Part shown: in pieces, positions 19,916 through 28,058 of the stretch
Numbering within the stretch: the first letter of the stretch is position 1
Layout of the letters: every line of letters starts with the position of its first letter
DNA from: Thermodesulfobacteriota bacterium
GTDB lineage: Bacteria; Desulfobacterota_D; UBA1144; Nemesobacterales; UBA2774
Reading direction: 5' to 3'
Length of the DNA: 64,000 nucleotides
Assembly: GCA_965223335.1 (NCBI GenBank)
Contig: OZ244991.1
Span: forward strand, 1,641,856 to 1,705,855
The notes under the pieces: generated by a model
Told to the model about the DNA's origin: nothing
Seen by the model: only the letters and a program-made list of their open reading frames with translations
The model's database searches: none
Program-made: the position numbers and the translations under genes

Positions 19916-21223
19916 TTATGCTTCAATTTCATTTCTCCTCATCAGTCTTCTAGTTAATATCAAAGCAGGAATTAGAAGATAGAGAGGAAAAGCTGTAGAG
20001 GTTGTATTGGTTGCCAGTGAACATCCACCGCCACTTTCGCTTACGGCACCAAATACGTGCTCAACGGCACCCATATCACAGATCGAAAACCCATTACCGT
20101 CCCCGTCCTGCGGCCTTGCGGTGCCTCTTTGGTCGGTCCCGTTACATTCTGCCGGGTTATCGGCGCTATCAATAGCAGGGCTCCCTTCCAGTATCCCGTG
20201 TGTCATAGTGGGGCCGCCGTTATCTGCAAGTATGCCGATCATTGGGTTTGTGTTGGGCATATCAGTCGGGTCTATGAGGTTGCATAAAGTTGTGGAAATA
20301 TTGTTTCCATCCGACTGGATAAATATTCCACCGCAATCACTTGTGATGTTATTGGCAATTATACTACCCCATACTGAAGTCATACTTCCAGCTGCCTGAT
20401 AGATACCTCCGGCTGAACCAGATACGGTTATGTTAGATGCAATCGTTGTAAACTTTATGTCGAGCTCGGAGTCGTTATAAATTCCACCACCTAGGTCGGT
20501 TGCAGCGTTATTGCTTATAGTGACGTTCCTAAGTGTTAGAGCCCCACGGTTGTAAATACCGCCTCCCCTCTCATCACCAGGGTCTCCGGCAGTAATATTG
20601 TTGTCGATCACTGATTCAACAATTGTCCCTTCGGCATCAGGGCCGATATATATGCCTGCGCCTCTGGGAGCCATATTGCCTGTAATTGCTACCGTCTCGA
20701 GTACCACAATTTCAGCTGCATTTCTTATGGCACCACCGGCATTTCCCGAGTTGGCATTCGTGATCGTTAGGTCATAGAACTCAACCGTAATTTGATTTAA
20801 ACCATCACCATCTAAAAGATGGAAGATCTGCTTGGAGCCGTTTCCGTCGATAATCGTGGACTTAGTGCCTGATCCTTGGATAATGAGGTCATCTCTTATA
20901 TCCAGATCACCAACTGCTGCGAAGTTGTCCCCGCCCTCTAGTGTAAGGACATACGTCCCAGCGGGTATTGCTATCGTATCCTGACCCGCAAGATCGTTTG
21001 TTTCCATCACCGCAGCACGAAGTGTGCAGTTCCCGGCCCCGTCGTCACAAAGTGTATCACCCGGTGTATCATCGGGTGTGTCAATGTTGCTGTTTACAAC
21101 AAACATCACAGCATGTGAATGAGTTGCTCCTATCATCACTGATAGAGCAAATACTAAAAGCAACATGCCTCGTGCTATGTGCGAAGCATCAAAATCTTTA
21201 ATGCTCTCGAATAAGTTAATCAT
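19916..21223 (-). CDS. Secreted right-handed beta-helix protein with a choice-of-anchor-Q-like domain and a C-terminal sorting/anchor-like tail
   Basis: Start at MINLFESIK, RBS AAGGAGG. The track's upstream Met would contain the promoter motif. The protein has a signal peptide and a Gly/Asn-rich region of NxTxxxN beta-helix-like repeats. Its C-terminal block (LADNGGPT..GSPAID..C..TDQRG..RPQDGDGNG..CDMGAVE) matches what I recall of the choice-of-anchor Q domain. The tail is GGGC, a hydrophobic helix, then RRLMRR. Confidence 0.6.
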   Translation of the reverse strand: MINLFESIKDFDASHIARGMLLLVFALSVMIGATHSHAVMFVVNSNIDTPDDTPGDTLCDDGAGNCTLRAAVMETNDLAGQDTIAIPAGTYVLTLEGGDNFAAVGDLDIRDDLIIQGSGTKSTIIDGNGSKQIFHLLDGDGLNQITVEFYDLTITNANSGNAGGAIRNAAEIVVLETVAITGNMAPRGAGIYIGPDAEGTIVESVIDNNITAGDPGDERGGGIYNRGALTLRNVTISNNAATDLGGGIYNDSELDIKFTTIASNITVSGSAGGIYQAAGSMTSVWGSIIANNITSDCGGIFIQSDGNNISTTLCNLIDPTDMPNTNPMIGILADNGGPTMTHGILEGSPAIDSADNPAECNGTDQRGTARPQDGDGNGFSICDMGAVEHVFGAVSESGGGCSLATNTTSTAFPLYLLIPALILTRRLMRRNEIEA

Positions 21224-21259
21224 GGTTAATTCCTCCTTTAAAGCAAGTTTGAATGGTGA

Positions 21260-21285
21260 GTAACAATATGCGAGGTAAAGGTTCA
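21260..21285 (-). promoter_or_regulatory. ECF-type promoter TTGAACC-N15-GTTACTCAC (gene sense) for the CoA-Q beta-helix gene
   Basis: One of five copies of the same motif with identical spacing. Its -10 lies 36 nt upstream of the ATG. Confidence 0.6.
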
Positions 21286-21307
21286 ATATGTAACATATAT
21301 AATATAT

Positions 21308-21342
21308 AAAAAGCCCCTGGAGCTTTCATACTCCAAGGGCTT
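21308..21342 (-). terminator. Rho-independent terminator after the Cys-rich exoprotein gene
   Basis: 12-bp stem AAGCCCCTGGAG/CTCCAAGGGCTT with one mismatch and an 8-nt loop, followed on the minus strand by TTTTTATATA. Confidence 0.6.
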
Positions 21343-21379
21343 CTCTGTAAAGTCGAGTCTAACTTAAGGACTGTATTAA

Positions 21380-22216
21380 TTATGTTTCAGGTTTGTAAGG
21401 TGGGTTGGTCAACACACATTTTACCTTTGTTGTGGGTTTAACCTTACCGCTGTACTGTTTCGTGTTGCTGGTGCCGTTATAAACACAACTCGCGTTGAAT
21501 CTAACCAAGTCTACAGTAGTCGGCTGAAGTTGTATTGTGGCTTCTTTCTTGTAATCGCCGTTTCCCTTAGTCAGTGCATCTTTACACTGTTTCTCCACAG
21601 TGTTTAAACTCCATGGTTTAATCATAACGTTTTTATTGATGTGATCTTCAGTGTAGTTGCCTGTCGGGAATACAGCCTTAGGACCATTGGCCGTAGAGAT
21701 CTCAAAGTGCTTAATGCTTTGGTTCTCACCACACTGGAGTTTAGCGTTCCACTTTGTCTTCTCTTTTAAGTTTTTAGAAGCAAGTTTCATCACTGTGTAC
21801 TCATGACCGTTATGAGACTCGGATTTGAGTTTCATAGGCACTGTGCCATGAAGACCGTTCATCTGATAGATTGATGCTCCGCCGTGGCTTGGGAACGGGT
21901 TGGATGTATACCCGCTCTGTGAACTCTGATGTTTAGGTTTAACCAAAACAGCTTTCTTGGCCACAGGCTTTGTGGATTTTCTGCTACTCTTGATACGCTT
22001 TGGTGTAGTAGAAGAATCGGAGTTGTCTACGCCGTTGGTTGTGTAACCATAGTGGTCGCAGCAGTTAACCCATTTCCCATCAACCTTACAGAGTGCCAGT
22101 ATATCGTAAGGGCAACTCGCAAAGCTGTTGTTTGTACCCAATCCTAAAAACATAAATACCGCTAATGCTACTACTGAAAATACTTTCATGCTTTCAAATC
22201 TACTTAGATTAATCAT
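21380..22216 (-). CDS. Secreted Cys- and Lys-rich hypothetical protein (278 aa)
   Basis: Start at MINLSRFESMK after an AAGGAGG RBS, followed by a signal peptide. The mature protein has about 10 Cys, many Lys and no recognisable domain. Confidence 0.55.
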   Translation of the reverse strand: MINLSRFESMKVFSVVALAVFMFLGLGTNNSFASCPYDILALCKVDGKWVNCCDHYGYTTNGVDNSDSSTTPKRIKSSRKSTKPVAKKAVLVKPKHQSSQSGYTSNPFPSHGGASIYQMNGLHGTVPMKLKSESHNGHEYTVMKLASKNLKEKTKWNAKLQCGENQSIKHFEISTANGPKAVFPTGNYTEDHINKNVMIKPWSLNTVEKQCKDALTKGNGDYKKEATIQLQPTTVDLVRFNASCVYNGTSNTKQYSGKVKPTTKVKCVLTNPPYKPET

Positions 22217-22252
22217 GGTTAATTCCTCCTTGAAATCGTATTTGTACAGTGT

Positions 22253-22278
22253 GTAACAACAAAGGCGTAGATGGTTCA
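22253..22278 (-). promoter_or_regulatory. ECF-type promoter TTGAACC-N15-GTTACACAC for the Cys-rich exoprotein gene
   Basis: Second copy of the motif. Its 5' UTR and first codons are nucleotide-level homologous to those of the CoA-Q gene. Confidence 0.6.
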
Positions 22279-22353
22279 AAAAAATGATGATTAACCTAGA
22301 TAGAGTTACATAAGACCTTGCTTTCAAGACTGTGCCATAGATCAATACAAGAA

Positions 22354-22386
22354 CCCCGGTCTAGATTGGGAGTTTCCAGACCGGGG
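22354..22386 (-). terminator. Terminator hairpin after the CARDB-like gene
   Basis: 9-bp GC-rich stem CCCCGGTCT/AGACCGGGG with a 15-nt loop, followed on the minus strand by TTCTTGTATTG. Confidence 0.45.
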
Positions 22387-22430
22387 CAGGTTGGGGTATA
22401 GGAGGTGTGTATGAGATGCACACATTATTT

Positions 22431-22991
22431 TCACTTGTTTTTGTTTGCTAATAGTGACTTTCTATTGTCGTTTGAATCACAATCACCCTTAACCTTTACT
22501 CGTAACGCGAATGGCACATTATTTAATTCATTGGATTCGACTACCTCTTGGTTACTGTCTAATTTGATAACTACCTTTTGCTTCCCTGTTTCCAATGCTA
22601 TCGTGTTGTGAGTATTTATAACTTCGTCTGTGTCCAGACCTGAATAAGATTCCACCCTAGACCACGAACCGACGTTTATTCTGTATTCAAAACTATCACT
22701 TGAAGACTCTCCACGATTACTAATTTGTATCTGATAAGGAAAGACACATCTTCCATTAACCGAGTGTATAGCATCTTCTGCTCTCAATTGAATTGAACTT
22801 CCCCACTCACCAACAGTGTCTGCTATTCTAATGGAGTCTGAGCTTGTTATATCTGGCAGTTCGCTATTAATGCTACTTACCTCGTAATATTCCAAATCAT
22901 CAGCGAGTGTTTTACTGCCCATGACTTGTAGAGAGACTATTATTAAGAGAACTGTTAAAAATGTAATGTTTTGAGTGCTTAACCTTTTCAT
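22431..22991 (-). CDS. Small secreted CARDB-like (cell-adhesion-related) domain protein
   Basis: Signal peptide. The C-terminal ...VVESNELNNV... resembles the ESNExNN signature that closes CARDB domains. 186 aa. Confidence 0.45.
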   Translation of the reverse strand: MKRLSTQNITFLTVLLIIVSLQVMGSKTLADDLEYYEVSSINSELPDITSSDSIRIADTVGEWGSSIQLRAEDAIHSVNGRCVFPYQIQISNRGESSSDSFEYRINVGSWSRVESYSGLDTDEVINTHNTIALETGKQKVVIKLDSNQEVVESNELNNVPFALRVKVKGDCDSNDNRKSLLANKNK

Positions 22992-23024
22992 TCCAAACTC
23001 CTTTCAATTGATTTTGTATAGTAA

Positions 23025-23050
23025 GTAACGCGGGAGGTGGAAAAGGTTCA
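23025..23050 (-). promoter_or_regulatory. ECF-type promoter TTGAACC-N15-GTTACTTAC for the CARDB-like gene
   Basis: Third copy of the motif. Its -10 lies about 30 nt upstream of the ATG at 22991. Confidence 0.6.
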
Positions 23051-23067
23051 AAATTTTTTTGAGCAGA

Positions 23068-23095
23068 GGGGGCTCTATGTAGTCATAGAGCCCCC
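23068..23095 (-). terminator. Strong hairpin immediately after the M6-like metalloprotease gene; putative terminator/insulator
   Basis: Perfect 12-bp stem GGGGGCTCTATG/CATAGAGCCCCC with a 4-nt loop, starting 11 nt after the stop. The trailing sequence is an A-run then a T-run on the coding strand rather than a clean U-tract, so intrinsic termination is uncertain. Confidence 0.4.
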
Positions 23096-23105
23096 TTGAA
23101 AAGAT

Positions 23106-26100
23106 CTAGTTGGTGTTATTTAGTGAGAATGTGGAGTTGGTCAAGAAATCTGTTTTGATCCCAAGCAGGTTATATCCGCTTGGATCACCATTTGACCACA
23201 GCAATAGAGGTTCGCTACCTAGTGGCAGTGGGTCGCCTATGCTTAGCGGGCAAGATAATGTGCCTGCATCAAGCAGATCCATTCCGCCTACTGCTTGACC
23301 GAACAGTGTTTGTTTGAACTCTGCATAGTCGTCCCCTGAATCGTTGCTGATGAAATCATAGATGTGAGCAAAGTCCGGTTGTATAAGTCTAACACCTACT
23401 CTTACGTAGTTGCTCGCATGCTTGTTCAACCATTCATGATTCGGTATGCAGACAGGGTTCTGTAGAGGTTTACAGTCTGGTGCTACAGCGCCGATAGCCG
23501 ATTTGCAGGCATCATTAGGTTCTATTACATGGTACACAGCCAAGCCCGAGTCGTTGATGTTATAGTCGTAGAGAGGTGTGTTGATCGAGTTTTCTTGGAT
23601 TCTGGTCTCGAGCAGCACATATTCCAGCCCGTCATCATACCTGCGTGGGAGTATGTAGACCTTCTCACTCTGCTTCACATCACTCAGATCGTATTTATCA
23701 TTTTCCTCGATGACATGAGGTGTGACCCATCCAAGGTGTAGCTTGTGGAACCCATGAAGGTGAGGTGTTGCAAGGTCCTTACCGGTTTTAAATGTCATAA
23801 GCGATATCATATGAGGTGCAGTGTTCATATATCTGTTCTGACAGGTCTCACCCGGTGCCAGGTCCTCTTCGTCCGGGCAATCACTCATAAAGCTAGGTAG
23901 CGCAGAAAACTGTACTCCGTCATGCAGTCCTTTGTATCTTCCATACGCGTCATCGAGGCCTAGCCAATGGTGTGCAAGTTCGTGTGCGGCAACCATCATA
24001 TTCTGGATCTTGTCCGACTGATCAAGAGGTTCGGCTTTAAATATTAGGTTTAGGTGAACTGTCTCTGTAATCCTCACACCGTCCACACTCAGTGTTTCAT
24101 TATCTTCGTCACAGAAAGGTGCAAAGCTTGTCTTAATTGACGAGCCGGCGTTCCCACTCCTTGGGATGGCAACAATAATTCCCAATTCATCTGGCGTGAT
24201 CATTTCATCTTTATTTCTGTCATAGGATTTGAAGTCAATCATACCTTCGGCAAATTTGAGCGCTTCAGCATGAAGGGCATCAGAGCCTGATCCATAGGTA
24301 GCACCGTTTTCACAGTCAAAGTTCTCACTATCGAGATAATAGTTTTTATCGTTTGTGATTTGACCTGCGTTTGCAGCTGTGAAAATCCCGAGTGTGCCGG
24401 CTTTGTTAACCTGGAACCTGCCGCCTGAGTTGAGCATAAAATAGTCTTTTACACTCTGGAACCCGCCGTGCAGGAAGTCATCAACATCCACAAAGAACAT
24501 GGTGTCTGCAGGTGAATCTTCGATCTGGGGATCGATTATGATGGTGAGGAGCTCGCGGGATCCATATATAGGTTCTATTATGGACTCGTATTTCTTAGAA
24601 GCTCTTCCCATATTAGGTCCTTCTGCCAGGTCCGGGCCTATGCGGAGTTTTTTCTCGACTACCAGGTTAGCATCGTTGATATAGCCAGCAGGTGGAGTTG
24701 TAACACCGGCTTGCGTTACTCGGTATGCAACTCCTACTTCATAACCGCCTGCTTTAGGTGATAGCTCCTTGATACCAAATGTGTAACTGCCGCCGCCAGC
24801 ATGATTTACCTGTGGTTTAGTGTCGCCAGGGTTTTGGAATGTCAGTGTCGGGTAGTGGATGATTACTTCTTGATCCATTAGCGGGAAGCCGTCCAATGTA
24901 GGCACTATGAATATAGTCCCCTCTCCTGCGAATGCTCCGCTTAGTGTTACTGCTATATCCGATACTTCATTCACTTCAACATGTGTCGACAGATTAGCAA
25001 CCGGTGTGGTATGGCTCTCTGTGGAGCTTGTAAGCTCGGTCTGCGATACAACATCAAAAAAGTTGTCTTTGGAATTGTTCTCTTCTGTTTGTACTAACAC
25101 AGTCCATGCAGAAATTGTTCCTTTTGCCACAACATCAGTCTCGCTGCCTCTCCACTCGAACTTTACGTTATGCATTCCCTCTGGGAGGTCTTCTGCATTA
25201 AATACCACGCTTCTTGCCTCGGTATGATAGAGTCTTCCCGCCAATGCAATCTCTTTGGGATAGACCTCTTCGGCACCGTTATCAATTATCGCGCGGAGCA
25301 TAATGAAATCACCCTGCTCCATGCTTATGACGGATGAGAATGTAATAGCGGTTTCCGAGCCTTTAGGTACGTAGAAATTTATGTCGGCATTAGGCACGGG
25401 CGTCCAGTTCTTGGTCCCGATCTTAAGCTGTTCGGGTTCACCGTCGCCAGTGATGCCTTTTCCGGTTTTAACCTTAATCGAAGCGTTTCTGATGTAGGAA
25501 CTGCCGTTTGTTACATGCTCTGTTGAGTACTGTACCTGTACCGTGTGTATGCCTCTGTCTACCTCTGTTAAAAAGGTGAATGATTGACTCGGGGCCACAA
25601 GTACCTGGTCCATCCCGCCAGTAAGTGTGATCGGACCTGGGAGTGCCTCAACACCGTCTACGAGTACCCTTATTTGCAGGGGTTCATCTGTGGTGTCCGA
25701 TACATATGACATTGCCGAGAATGTAATCGCAGCTACGGTGTTATTTTCATTTACTACAAATTTGCTTGCGGCTCTCGGTAGATCTATAAACCCGTCACTG
25801 CCCTTTGGGAGTTTAATGAATTGATCAACCATCACTGGGAATTCCGGTGTGCCGCCGTCAACACATATTGTTTCTTTCTCGCCAGCATACGAGTATTTCT
25901 TGGTTTTACAGCCGATATGAGTTTCCGACCTGATCTGCATGCTGTCAGGTTCATTGCCATCGAACTCATACGGATTAGGTAAGAATCCGCCCGGACCTGG
26001 GCGGTTTACGCTTGATGATTTTTTCTGAGCCTCTGCGCTCACTGAAAACATAAGTACAACTACTAGAAGCACAAGCAACTGTAATATTTGCCTGCTTGTT

Positions 26101-26138
26101 CCTTGTTTGGATTTATTGTTGAGTGTAAGTCTTAACAT
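23106..26138 (-). CDS. Large secreted zinc metalloprotease, M6 (InhA)-like, about 1010 aa
   Basis: Start at ATG 26138, 6 nt after AGGAGG. The track ORF begins at an upstream TTG. Signal peptide present. HELAHHWLGLDDAYG matches the M6-family HExxHxxGxxDxY zinc-site pattern. The protein has long beta-rich N- and C-terminal extensions. Confidence 0.6.
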   Translation of the reverse strand: MLRLTLNNKSKQGTSRQILQLLVLLVVVLMFSVSAEAQKKSSSVNRPGPGGFLPNPYEFDGNEPDSMQIRSETHIGCKTKKYSYAGEKETICVDGGTPEFPVMVDQFIKLPKGSDGFIDLPRAASKFVVNENNTVAAITFSAMSYVSDTTDEPLQIRVLVDGVEALPGPITLTGGMDQVLVAPSQSFTFLTEVDRGIHTVQVQYSTEHVTNGSSYIRNASIKVKTGKGITGDGEPEQLKIGTKNWTPVPNADINFYVPKGSETAITFSSVISMEQGDFIMLRAIIDNGAEEVYPKEIALAGRLYHTEARSVVFNAEDLPEGMHNVKFEWRGSETDVVAKGTISAWTVLVQTEENNSKDNFFDVVSQTELTSSTESHTTPVANLSTHVEVNEVSDIAVTLSGAFAGEGTIFIVPTLDGFPLMDQEVIIHYPTLTFQNPGDTKPQVNHAGGGSYTFGIKELSPKAGGYEVGVAYRVTQAGVTTPPAGYINDANLVVEKKLRIGPDLAEGPNMGRASKKYESIIEPIYGSRELLTIIIDPQIEDSPADTMFFVDVDDFLHGGFQSVKDYFMLNSGGRFQVNKAGTLGIFTAANAGQITNDKNYYLDSENFDCENGATYGSGSDALHAEALKFAEGMIDFKSYDRNKDEMITPDELGIIVAIPRSGNAGSSIKTSFAPFCDEDNETLSVDGVRITETVHLNLIFKAEPLDQSDKIQNMMVAAHELAHHWLGLDDAYGRYKGLHDGVQFSALPSFMSDCPDEEDLAPGETCQNRYMNTAPHMISLMTFKTGKDLATPHLHGFHKLHLGWVTPHVIEENDKYDLSDVKQSEKVYILPRRYDDGLEYVLLETRIQENSINTPLYDYNINDSGLAVYHVIEPNDACKSAIGAVAPDCKPLQNPVCIPNHEWLNKHASNYVRVGVRLIQPDFAHIYDFISNDSGDDYAEFKQTLFGQAVGGMDLLDAGTLSCPLSIGDPLPLGSEPLLLWSNGDPSGYNLLGIKTDFLTNSTFSLNNTN

Positions 26139-26171
26139 TTTATTCCTCCTCAATGTTTGTTTGATAGGTAA

Positions 26172-26197
26172 GTAACACGAGGAGGTAAAATGGTTCA
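26172..26197 (-). promoter_or_regulatory. ECF-type promoter CTGAACC-N15-GTTACTTAC for the M6-like metalloprotease gene
   Basis: Fourth copy of the motif, about 35 nt upstream of the ATG. Confidence 0.6.
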
Positions 26198-26298
26198 GAT
26201 TACTTAAAAACTTTTTGGTTGATACAATTAGCTTCTGCTACTGATTAGCGTAACAAGTTAAGATCATTGAATAAATACAGAGTGTGATAAAAGCAGGT

Positions 26299-28023
26299 TC
26301 AGTTGGCTCTGGCTTCTTCGGTGCCTTCATTTAATAAGTTCAATGCACCCAAAGCGTCTATTCTGCCTTTACCGTATTCGTTATCCTTTCCGGGTTTACC
26401 CAAGTCAAGCGCACTTTGCGTAAGGAGGTATTTAACCTCAGTCGAGGTGAGAGCCGGGTTTTGCTGCAGAAGTAGTGCAATAGCACCTGTGACGTGGGCT
26501 GCCGCCATAGAAGTGCCCGAGGTTAGATGCCACTTATTACCTGGTGCAGGGCAGTAGATCTCCACCCCAGGTGCCGAGAGATCTATGTATGATCCTCTGG
26601 TCGATGAACGGTATAGATTATCTTTGGCATCCGTCGCAGTCACAGCTATGACTTCTCCCAAAGCCGCCGGATACACAGTCTTACCATTCTTACCACCATT
26701 ACCCGCAGCGGCTACAACAATGACTCCTTTTTCTACCGCTTTCCTGATCATTTTAGCGATTAGATGATCTTTCGGGCCGCCAAGGCTGAGGTTTATAACC
26801 TGAGCACTGTTTAAGATCGAATAATCAATTGATTTTGCAAGTGAAGTACTGCTGCAAATTGTATTTTTAGCCTCTGTTGAGTCTGACCAGCATGCCCTCA
26901 CGGAAATGATATCAACATCGGGTGATATGCCGAGTGCACCTGTACCGTTGTTAGGAGTAGATGCAATAATCCCGGCGATTGATGTGCCGTGCAGTTCATC
27001 TGTAAAACTCCCGTTGCCTTTGTCCACAAAATCCCTTCTCAGTTTTACCGCATTACTGAGTGCACTGTGATTATAATCTACACCGGTATCAATGACGGCC
27101 ACTCTTACCCCGTTTCCTGTCGAAATTCTGTGAGCCTTATCGGCGTTGATCTTATTCACACCATACTGGATTGAACTGGTTGCGAGCCCTTCGTATAGAT
27201 ACACAGGCTGGGTCGCTAACACACGAGCATCATCAATAAGTGAGGTAATCACAACCGGGACTGTTCTAGAATCCGGGATGTTATATACGACTAGCACAGC
27301 ATTGATGCTGTTTAATCTATAAGCTTCCCTTAGAGTCAGCTCATTTTTACTTCCTATTTCAGTTGCTGTGCTCCGAGCATTCGGGCTGTCTTCTATAAGT
27401 ATCAATACCTGATCGGGTATATAACCGTCCTTTGCTATTCCGGACAAAGTTTCGGGGGTCGGATCCTTAAACACGGGGGCGGTGAGTTGTTCCTGCTCTA
27501 TAACAGGCTCAATCAAAGTTGGGTCGTCCGGCAATTGAGTAGGTGATGTAAACTGGGGATCAGGGACTACGGGATTAATCCCCGAGGTCGGGTCGGGGTC
27601 AGAAGACCCAGGTTGATTACTCGGGGTTTCAGGCTCAGGTACCGGGGGTAGGGGGTTTGTGGGTTGAGTGGTGTCAGGATTCCTGGGAGGCTTCGGGTTG
27701 TCAGGTCTCGGGGGCTTAGGTTCATTCGGAGGAAGCACAATATCTTGGCTCGGAAGATTCGGTATTGTCGGTGGTTTGTTCGGGGGTTGAGGATATGTAG
27801 GCCCCGAATTGCTAGGGTTTCGGTTAGGATTAGGTTTCGGCGGTGTAGGCAGGTCATCACCCACATTAGGACTATAGCTGCTAGGGTATCGTGGTATTGG
27901 CTTTGATGAGTTGGACTGAGCAACCACAATAGCCTCTGCAGTTAAATTCAAGGCGAGCGCATTTGAATAACCGCTCAGAGCTATTAAAAGTGCTGCCGTT
28001 ACAGTTGCTGTGATAGCTCTCAT
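26299..28023 (-). CDS. Secreted S8 subtilisin-like serine protease with a roughly 120-aa proline-rich N-terminal region
   Basis: Signal peptide, catalytic triad motifs VAVIDTGVD (Asp), HGTSIAGII (His) and GTSMAAAHVTG (Ser), and a PxxP-rich low-complexity N-terminal region. It sits 35 nt downstream of the anti-sigma gene with no promoter motif between them. Confidence 0.85.
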   Translation of the reverse strand: MRAITATVTAALLIALSGYSNALALNLTAEAIVVAQSNSSKPIPRYPSSYSPNVGDDLPTPPKPNPNRNPSNSGPTYPQPPNKPPTIPNLPSQDIVLPPNEPKPPRPDNPKPPRNPDTTQPTNPLPPVPEPETPSNQPGSSDPDPTSGINPVVPDPQFTSPTQLPDDPTLIEPVIEQEQLTAPVFKDPTPETLSGIAKDGYIPDQVLILIEDSPNARSTATEIGSKNELTLREAYRLNSINAVLVVYNIPDSRTVPVVITSLIDDARVLATQPVYLYEGLATSSIQYGVNKINADKAHRISTGNGVRVAVIDTGVDYNHSALSNAVKLRRDFVDKGNGSFTDELHGTSIAGIIASTPNNGTGALGISPDVDIISVRACWSDSTEAKNTICSSTSLAKSIDYSILNSAQVINLSLGGPKDHLIAKMIRKAVEKGVIVVAAAGNGGKNGKTVYPAALGEVIAVTATDAKDNLYRSSTRGSYIDLSAPGVEIYCPAPGNKWHLTSGTSMAAAHVTGAIALLLQQNPALTSTEVKYLLTQSALDLGKPGKDNEYGKGRIDALGALNLLNEGTEEARAN

Positions 28024-28058
28024 GTCTCTTCTCCCTCGTTTTATACTATAACCTATAT

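Noticed and set aside
19916-21286. Longer N-terminal extension (MNLYLAYCYSPFKLALKEELT) of the CoA-Q gene, and the equivalent extension of the Cys-rich gene to 22345
   Set aside because: The extensions would contain the conserved promoter motif and the AAGGAGG RBS. The internal MINL Met, 8 nt after the RBS, is the real start in both genes.
26290-26301. A sixth TGAACC hexamer overlapping the S8 protease stop codon
   Set aside because: No GTTAC lies at the 15-nt spacing; the nearest is about 48 nt away. The hexamer contains the TGA stop itself, so it is coincidental rather than a promoter.
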